Both the position numbers and the translations under genes were made by a program. From Candidatus Peribacteria bacterium (lineage in GTDB: Bacteria; Patescibacteriota; Gracilibacteria; Peribacterales; Peribacteraceae), in contig JAHFJN010000001.1 of assembly GCA_023245865.1 (NCBI GenBank), positions 486,722-550,721 of the forward strand: DNA of 64,000 bases. The letters are read 5' to 3'. This document shows positions 58,068-64,000 of the stretch, piece by piece (the first letter of the stretch is position 1; each line of letters opens with the position of its first letter). The notes under the pieces are model-generated. The model was given only the letters and a program-made list of their open reading frames with translations, made no database searches and was not told the DNA's origin.

Positions 58068-58343
58068 ATGGCCAAATCTACAACGAAAAAAGTTTTGAAG
58101 GCATTGCTCTATATAGCAATAGGATTGGGTGAGGTTTTTGTTATTTTTATGCTGTTGTCTTTAATAGGTAATTTCCTTGGTCGTCCTCTGGGGTTCGGTT
58201 CTGTCGCCTTAGTTGATCCAACTGATCCGACCCATCAGACCTTTGCGAAAGGGATCTTTGAACATCCATTACTTCCATCGCTGATTTTCGGGGCGATTAC
58301 TTATTTTGTTGTTAAGTTCTTCAGAAAAAACAAAAACGCATAA
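58068..58343 (+). CDS. small membrane protein
   Basis: Two TM helices. Confidence 0.65.
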   Translation: MAKSTTKKVLKALLYIAIGLGEVFVIFMLLSLIGNFLGRPLGFGSVALVDPTDPTHQTFAKGIFEHPLLPSLIFGAITYFVVKFFRKNKNA

Positions 58344-58616
58344 CGCGAAATCGTTTCAATTCTATTCTGCTCGACCATTCTTTCTCTCGAACCAGTCCAG
58401 TCCACCTGGTTTCTTTAGTATCTCAGTCGATCAAGTGTTCACGCACTATGCCCCCAGACTTCAGAGACAAGTTACCTGAGAAATGGAGAAACTACGATTT
58501 TACCAATGCGATTGGGTTAATGTTGCTGATGAAAGAAATTCAGGATCAGGAACCACTGGATGATCCTAGTGTTCTGAAGATCGATGACGATGGGACGAGA
58601 CTATATTAGGGACCTC

Positions 58617-59312
58617 TTACTCCTGGAGATATTTACATAGTTCAATAGCTAAGTTTGTTAACCGACATTGATGGGCAAGTCTTACGCCAGACCTGTCACT
58701 GTGGTCCCTATCACCTATGAGTTTCTTTTTGACAAGATCATCTTCATAAAAGTCCACAATCCCAGCCGATACTAAGTTCTGCGATGCGCCAGCAATGTAG
58801 TCTGGCCATTGATCAGCCCCTCGGCTGCTCTTTTCTACTTCTTCGCGCGTGCGAGTTTTGAAGAGCCGATACGCTGTACCGAGAATAATCAGTTCCTCTG
58901 CATTCAACGTCCTACAAATGCGGAGCAACTGCTGCGGCCGTGGATTTGCCCACTCGGACGAAGGAGATGCTGCCGCCTTCAGAAAAATCTTTTTCATCGC
59001 CTCCGTCCTCTTCTGGTCGGGCTTATCCTTATCCAGTGAATCGAACATTTCCACACGGCACTCTGCAGCTTGTTCGGTTTCTGCGTACTCCGGCTTGATT
59101 TTTCCTTCCTGAACCATTCTCTGCCATTCTCCAGCAACAGCACGAAACCCTCCTTCCTTTTGTTGGTTTTGAATTATTCTGGATACAGTCTTAACCAAGT
59201 CATCTTTTCCTGATGTCAGTAGAGTTGTGAGGCCTGGGACCAGACTGTTCATCGTAAAATCCTTAGCCCGTTGAGTTAGCTTTCCGGCCTTCGGTATCTT
59301 TACTTTAGACAC
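58617..59312 (-). CDS. hypothetical protein
   Basis: 231 aa ORF with a winged-helix-like C-terminus (LVKKKLI..LTNLAIELC.YL). Confidence 0.7.
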   Translation of the reverse strand: MSKVKIPKAGKLTQRAKDFTMNSLVPGLTTLLTSGKDDLVKTVSRIIQNQQKEGGFRAVAGEWQRMVQEGKIKPEYAETEQAAECRVEMFDSLDKDKPDQKRTEAMKKIFLKAAASPSSEWANPRPQQLLRICRTLNAEELIILGTAYRLFKTRTREEVEKSSRGADQWPDYIAGASQNLVSAGIVDFYEDDLVKKKLIGDRDHSDRSGVRLAHQCRLTNLAIELCKYLQE

Positions 59313-59342
59313 TGCTGCATCTTAGCATTTTTTGATCTTTTT

Positions 59343-59933
59343 TCACGCGCTCTCTCGTTGAGTCTTTAGGTGTTCTGCATTCTGTGGCACTTCATAAAAC
59401 TCATGAATCAAGAGTCTTAGAAATGACAATATCTTCTCTGCACTCTCCTTCGTGGCATTTTGCAACTGCTCGTCATCAGGATGAGCACTGAGATTCCCGT
59501 ATTCTCGAATTTCCTCTGCCACCGGATGAAATGCCTTCCGCAATATGTTTTTCTTTATCGCCCAGTCAATGGCATCAACAAGGTTACGCTTCGTGCATCC
59601 CTGCTCCTTAAGACATCTTTGTAAAACCCTGCGACTCATCATCATCGATGCCTTGTACGAGCCAGCATCGAGACATGTTCCCGCTTCATGAAATTCATCT
59701 CGAATTGGTTGTGAAATATTAATGGCAGAATCAATTTCATAATGGCCGTTTGGGAACATTCTTACAAAGACTCCTGTCCTGCCATCGTGAACACGCAGCA
59801 TCAATTTACGACATTCTTGATTGTTGCATCTGAGAATCTTCCAATTTTCGAGAAATGAAGAACCGTTCCATTCAGGATTTGTCATCACATGGGCTGTGCC
59901 GCAGTTTGGACATTTATCAACAACCTCTGACAT
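59343..59933 (-). CDS. DUF4145 (HEPN-like) protein with N-terminal Zn finger
   Basis: CPNC..CNNQEC; EA..C..AS..M.RR.LQ; IREYGNLSAH (Rx6H). Confidence 0.85.
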   Translation of the reverse strand: MSEVVDKCPNCGTAHVMTNPEWNGSSFLENWKILRCNNQECRKLMLRVHDGRTGVFVRMFPNGHYEIDSAINISQPIRDEFHEAGTCLDAGSYKASMMMSRRVLQRCLKEQGCTKRNLVDAIDWAIKKNILRKAFHPVAEEIREYGNLSAHPDDEQLQNATKESAEKILSFLRLLIHEFYEVPQNAEHLKTQRESA

Positions 59934-59991
59934 GTTTTGAGTTTACCAGACAGGCTTTCCTCAGCCCAACTTTTGGAATATAGTCGAGGTT

Positions 59992-60372
59992 ATGGAACAA
60001 AAGCCTAAAAAGAAGAATCAATGGTTTGGCAAAATTGAGAGCAGAGAAGATGCCCTCAAAGTTATCAAAGATAGTTCGAATGGTTTCTACGTTATTGCGG
60101 CCATTCAGGCTGGTATTGGTGTGTTTCTTGCTCCTTCAATGATACTGGATGGAGTAATCTATGCTGTTCTAGGCTTCCTATTAAGAAAATTTAACAGCCG
60201 TGTTGTAGCAGTTCTCCTACTACTCTTTAGTGCCTTATCTGTATTTGCAACAGCAAGTAATCAGTTTGGTCGAGGTGGCACAGGAGGTAGCAATATAGTT
60301 CTTGCTGTGATTATCCTTTGGGCTGCCGTTCGTGCTGTACAAGCCACATTCAAACTGCCCAAGTTGAAATAG
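59992..60372 (+). CDS. hypothetical membrane protein
   Basis: Four hydrophobic helices. Confidence 0.7.
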   Translation: MEQKPKKKNQWFGKIESREDALKVIKDSSNGFYVIAAIQAGIGVFLAPSMILDGVIYAVLGFLLRKFNSRVVAVLLLLFSALSVFATASNQFGRGGTGGSNIVLAVIILWAAVRAVQATFKLPKLK

Positions 60373-60580
60373 GGAAAAGTTCCAAATCGTTCCCCACAGC
60401 TCATTGACGGCATACATGTTTTCATAGTGTAAGAGCACATTCCATCGCCTGTGGGTTCTTAAGAATAGATCTGACAAAATCCAGTGAATTCCTCAGTGCC
60501 AAGAGCATTTCTGATAGAGTAAGTGCATCCACTTTCAGACGTCTGTCGAGTTCCAAATCGTTCCCTACAGCTCCACCATT

Positions 60581-60744
60581 CGTCCTTCGACTGTGCTCAG
60601 GATGACATTATTTGCTCGCTCATGGTAGCCAACCGTCAGCCGTCGCCTCAGGGCTATGGCCGACAAGTAGTCAGGAAATCGTACGTGAAAGGTCCGCCTC
60701 CGCTCGCTATCGCGAGGCTACGGTGGACAACCTCCTGCGGAGGT
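60581..60744. repeat. cluster of REP-like hairpin elements between the islet and tRNA-Cys
   Basis: ccttcgactgtgctcaggatgac; gtcgcctcagggctatggccgac; gtccgcc...ggctacggtggac; acctcctgcggaggt. Confidence 0.65.
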
Positions 60745-60819
60745 TGGAGGTGCCGGTGGGAATCGCACCCACGCATGGGGGTTTTGCAGACCCCTGCCTT
60801 TCTACTTGGCTACGGCACC
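60745..60819 (-). tRNA. tRNA-Cys(GCA)
   Basis: GGTGCCG...CTGCAAA...GTGCGATTC...CGGCACCTCCA. Confidence 0.92.
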
Positions 60820-60828
60820 AACGCCGTA

Positions 60829-61026
60829 TCACTTACCCAGAATATCCTTCTCTTTTTTCAGAGTCACCCCTTTCTGCATGGTAAGCGCAAAGGGGATGCC
60901 CTTGAACTTGATGATTTCCATGAGATACAAGTGGATCGCCCCGCTCAGATCCATCCCGATTTTTTTCAGGATCCTCTGAGCGGATTTCTTGGTCTTCGGA
61001 TCGACGCGGACTTGGATGGTGGACAT
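60829..61026 (-). CDS. RelB/DinJ family antitoxin (no adjacent toxin)
   Basis: IQVRVD..KK.A..IL..IGMDLS.AI.LYL..I...GIPF. Confidence 0.85.
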   Translation of the reverse strand: MSTIQVRVDPKTKKSAQRILKKIGMDLSGAIHLYLMEIIKFKGIPFALTMQKGVTLKKEKDILGK

Positions 61027-61125
61027 GGTTTCATGGTAGCAATGCGGTATGACATTGTCAATACATTGTACTACCAACTACTCACTACTCACTTGTCACG
61101 GCGAAGTCTCATCGACGTAGCCGGA

Positions 61126-61686
61126 TCACTGCTTTGCCGCCTGCAGCGTTGCATTTTTGACGATCAGTTGGACCTGCGCGGTGACGGCGTCGTCAACGGT
61201 GACCGGCGTGGCACCCGTGTAACTGTACCCTGCCGAACCCGAAACGATACTGACCTGCGTGAAGCGGGTTTTGGGTTGATCGGCTTGCGGTTGAGCGGTG
61301 AAGGTGTGCATCGTGACCTTCTGGCCGTCGACCGTGATCTGCTCGGTATTCACTTTGGCATACCCCGGCATCGCCTGCACCGACTGCATCGAGGCATTGC
61401 TGTATTCCTCCGCGGTCATCTGCTTGGTGAGCGGTTCGCGGGTCACGGTGACAGTCGCAAACTGACCCGAGACGGGAGCATCCGCTTGGAACGCAACGAG
61501 CACTTCCGGCGGCACACCGCGCGCGTCGAGCTGTCCGCGATCAACGACGTGCCACCCCGCGGGAATACAGGTGCCGACCGTGCCATCGAAGTACACGTTC
61601 GCGCACGCGACGGTGGTCGAGGTCGTACTGCTGCCACAGGCGGCAAGGAGGAACGTAAGGGTGGCGAGGGAGAGGAGGCGGTTCAT
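61126..61686 (-). CDS. lipoprotein (PsbP/DcrB-like fold suspected)
   Basis: Lipobox LAAC; IPAGW; beta-rich. Confidence 0.75.
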   Translation of the reverse strand: MNRLLSLATLTFLLAACGSSTTSTTVACANVYFDGTVGTCIPAGWHVVDRGQLDARGVPPEVLVAFQADAPVSGQFATVTVTREPLTKQMTAEEYSNASMQSVQAMPGYAKVNTEQITVDGQKVTMHTFTAQPQADQPKTRFTQVSIVSGSAGYSYTGATPVTVDDAVTAQVQLIVKNATLQAAKQ

Positions 61687-61903
61687 CGAGGATGATGATA
61701 GCAGCCCACCGGTCTATGGTCGAGCGCGCCCATTCCTGGGCGCAGCCACGACACCCTGCGGCCAAGCCAACATCCCTGCGGCCAAGAATGGCCGCTCTGG
61801 GTAAATGAAAATCAGGAAATATATAGACATTTTCAAAAATTACATCCTGATATACCTCTCTCCATTGAGCAAAGGTCCGTTTTTTGGTACAATAATGAGA
61901 TTT

Positions 61904-64000
61904 ATGCGTCGCTTCCTCCTCCAAACTCTGATCACGGCTCTCGGCATCAGCATGCCGGTCGTTGTCTTCGCGGTCAGTCAACTCACCGTGGAAGATTCCG
62001 TCGCGGGACTCGGGCTCTCGGTTCAGGTGAGCGCACTCCCCCCTTCCGCGCACGCCACACTGGCTCTCAGGAACCCTGCAGGGTCTAAAACGGAGATCCC
62101 CGTGACTGCGGACACGAAGGGGGATGTCACCGTGCAGGTACCGGGAACAAAAACGCAGCAAGCCGGCAGCTACGTCTTCACCGTGGAAGAGGACGCAACA
62201 GTTGTTGCAGGACCGGTGACGGCGACGGTGCTTCCGGAATCGCTGGATACGAACATGTCGATGATCCAGAGCTGGTCGCCGCGGATTCGGGCTGACGGCC
62301 GCGACAGCGCCGAAATCACCGCCACACTCCTCGACAAATTCGGAAATCCCTTACCCGGGAGACCGGTCACGCTCGTGAGCAGCCGCACGGACGACCGCAT
62401 CACCGCCCTCACGCCCCAAACAGACGGCAAAGGAATCGAGCATTTTACACTCACAACGCGCACTCCCGGACTCATTGTGCTTCGCGCGATCGATCTCTTG
62501 AGTGGCAAGACGGTGCAAGCGACGGCAGAGATCGAAGCGGGGACTTTGCCGGCGCTCGGCGGGGACGACACGCAGTCCGATACGCGCACATCAACCGAGA
62601 GCTATGCACGCTTCTTCGCGTCGGTCGATGCACTCAACCCGATCATCGACAGCTTCGAAGTGACGACGAGCGATACGCTCCCGATCGGTCAAGAAGCACC
62701 GAAGGTCATCATCCGCGCGATCGATAAGGCGGGGAATACCGTTCAGGGGTACCTCGGCACCGTGGAGTTTCGTTCGACCGACCCGCAGGCGACACTGCCG
62801 AATTTCGGCAGCTATGCGTTCAAAGATCGCGACCAAGGCCAGAAACAATTCCCGCTCGTGCTCAAGTTCCAGACCCCCGGCGAGCAGACGCTGCTCGTGC
62901 AGGACAAAAACGACCACAGCATCACGGGGCAGAAGAAGATCCAAGTCGGAGGCGGCTCTGCGCATGGCGCGGCGGGTATTCAGATCACCAACTACAAAGA
63001 CGGCGATTACGTAAGCACCCTGACGATTACGATCGAGGGCACGGGCCCCAAGTACGCGAATCTCCTCGTCATGGGCGGCGCGCAGGATGCCACCGGCTCC
63101 ACCGATCAAGACGGCAAGTTCTCAATCCCGGTCACGCTCGCGGCCACTCAGCACGAATTTACCATCAGAGTCCGCGACGACGCCGGGCGCAATGACAGCG
63201 GTCCGCTGCATCTCGTTCTCGATCAAGTGCCACCGACCATCGGCACGGTCACGTTTTCGCCCGAGCACCCGGAAGCGAATCAAAAAGTACTGATCGCCGT
63301 GCAAAGTGAATCGAAACTTGGCCAAGTCACGCTCAAACTCCCGACCACCGGCGGTACGTCCGTGCAATCGATCACGCTCGCGGAGAATCCGACTGCGTCG
63401 GGCTCGTATCAAGCGTTCTTCACGGCCCCCGTTGCGGGCGCGTACCAACCGTCGATCAGCGCCATGGACAAAGCGGGCAACGTCACCGAAGTGCGAACGA
63501 CCTTTGCGGTCGGAGCGCAGGGACTCCCCACCGTGCAGAATGTCCGCGCGCAGGCCTCTGTGAATGCGGTCACGCTCGAGTGGGATCCCCTCACCGTGGA
63601 AGCCCTCGACGGGTACCGCATCTACGTGGGCGAGACCGCGCAGAATTTCCTCTACACCCTCGACACCGGGCGCGTCACGACGAAGGCGACCGTGCGCGGA
63701 CTCACACCGGGCAAGACGTACTTCTTCGCGGTGACCGCGCTCAGTAAAAACCTCGAGAGCAAGGAGAAGAGCAAACCCGTGCAGAGCAAAGTGCTGGGAC
63801 TCACACTCGATGTGAAGCCCGGTGAGGGCAGCCTGCACGTGACGTGGTCGAGCTTGTCGACGGATCTGCCCTTGAGCACGTTTATCCTCGAGTACGGCGT
63901 CGAGCCGGACAGCTACACCGAAACACGCATGCTCAACGGAGAACTGCGCGATGTCACCGTACGCGATCTGCTGAACGGCGTCACGTACTACTTGCGCCTG
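61904..64000 (+). CDS. large secreted surface protein with Ig-like and fibronectin type III domains (runs off window end)
   Basis: Signal peptide; ADGRDSAEITATLLDKFGNPL (Big_1-like); VTLEW..GYRIYVG..GLTPGKTYFFAVTA (FN3); open to the window end. Confidence 0.9.
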   Translation, partial: MRRFLLQTLITALGISMPVVVFAVSQLTVEDSVAGLGLSVQVSALPPSAHATLALRNPAGSKTEIPVTADTKGDVTVQVPGTKTQQAGSYVFTVEEDATVVAGPVTATVLPESLDTNMSMIQSWSPRIRADGRDSAEITATLLDKFGNPLPGRPVTLVSSRTDDRITALTPQTDGKGIEHFTLTTRTPGLIVLRAIDLLSGKTVQATAEIEAGTLPALGGDDTQSDTRTSTESYARFFASVDALNPIIDSFEVTTSDTLPIGQEAPKVIIRAIDKAGNTVQGYLGTVEFRSTDPQATLPNFGSYAFKDRDQGQKQFPLVLKFQTPGEQTLLVQDKNDHSITGQKKIQVGGGSAHGAAGIQITNYKDGDYVSTLTITIEGTGPKYANLLVMGGAQDATGSTDQDGKFSIPVTLAATQHEFTIRVRDDAGRNDSGPLHLVLDQVPPTIGTVTFSPEHPEANQKVLIAVQSESKLGQVTLKLPTTGGTSVQSITLAENPTASGSYQAFFTAPVAGAYQPSISAMDKAGNVTEVRTTFAVGAQGLPTVQNVRAQASVNAVTLEWDPLTVEALDGYRIYVGETAQNFLYTLDTGRVTTKATVRGLTPGKTYFFAVTALSKNLESKEKSKPVQSKVLGLTLDVKPGEGSLHVTWSSLSTDLPLSTFILEYGVEPDSYTETRMLNGELRDVTVRDLLNGVTYYLRL

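Noticed and set aside
58420..58610. Short open frame ending ..DDPSVLKIDDDGTRLY*
   Set aside because: No convincing start; at most a truncated remnant inside the islet.
60745..60819. tRNA-Cys T-loop TGCGA instead of TTCGA as a sign of a pseudogene
   Set aside because: Stems, anticodon and CCA are intact; this variant occurs in functional bacterial tRNA-Cys.
60523..61695. 390-aa plus-strand ORF
   Set aside because: It crosses repeats, tRNA-Cys and two better-supported minus-strand genes.

Overview
Gene-dense chromosomal segment using genetic code 11, most consistent with a Candidate Phyla Radiation (Patescibacteria) bacterium, probably Peregrinibacteria/Peribacteria-like. This is an inference from scattered VirB2-like pilin, PrgI and VirD4-like genes, the gene mix and a general lack of Shine-Dalgarno sites. 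The backbone is housekeeping: tatD, ruvB, rplK, rplA, dusB, clpC, rpsA, yidD, maf, trpS, an RluA-family synthase, dcd, dnaX, glyA, hrcA with a CIRCE operator, rpmE, gyrA, rsmI, queA, ruvA, pgi, trxA, five tRNAs (Arg-CCG, Gly-TCC, Val-CAC, Ala-TGC, Cys-GCA) and a partial Ig/FN3 surface protein. Features not explained by these genes: (i) a two-copy ~170-bp structured element with extensive compensatory base changes, one copy fused to a GIY-YIG nuclease gene; (ii) several families of small palindromic (REP-like) and 7/9-mer repeats inserted in frame into housekeeping proteins, supplying start/stop codons and nesting inside each other; (iii) integrase-free gene cassettes bounded by degenerate copies of tRNA-Ala, tRNA-Gly and yidD 3' ends; (iv) pervasive TAnnnT-N5-10-ATG (leaderless) gene starts, with duplicated promoter-plus-first-codon scars; (v) two regulators (STAS and Zn-ribbon SpoVG) resembling Planctomycete proteins, a possible host signal; (vi) an S1 protein with an Ada-like C-terminal domain. 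No CRISPR array, rRNA, reverse transcriptase, integrase or transposase was recognised. All calls are by eye; no database searches were run.
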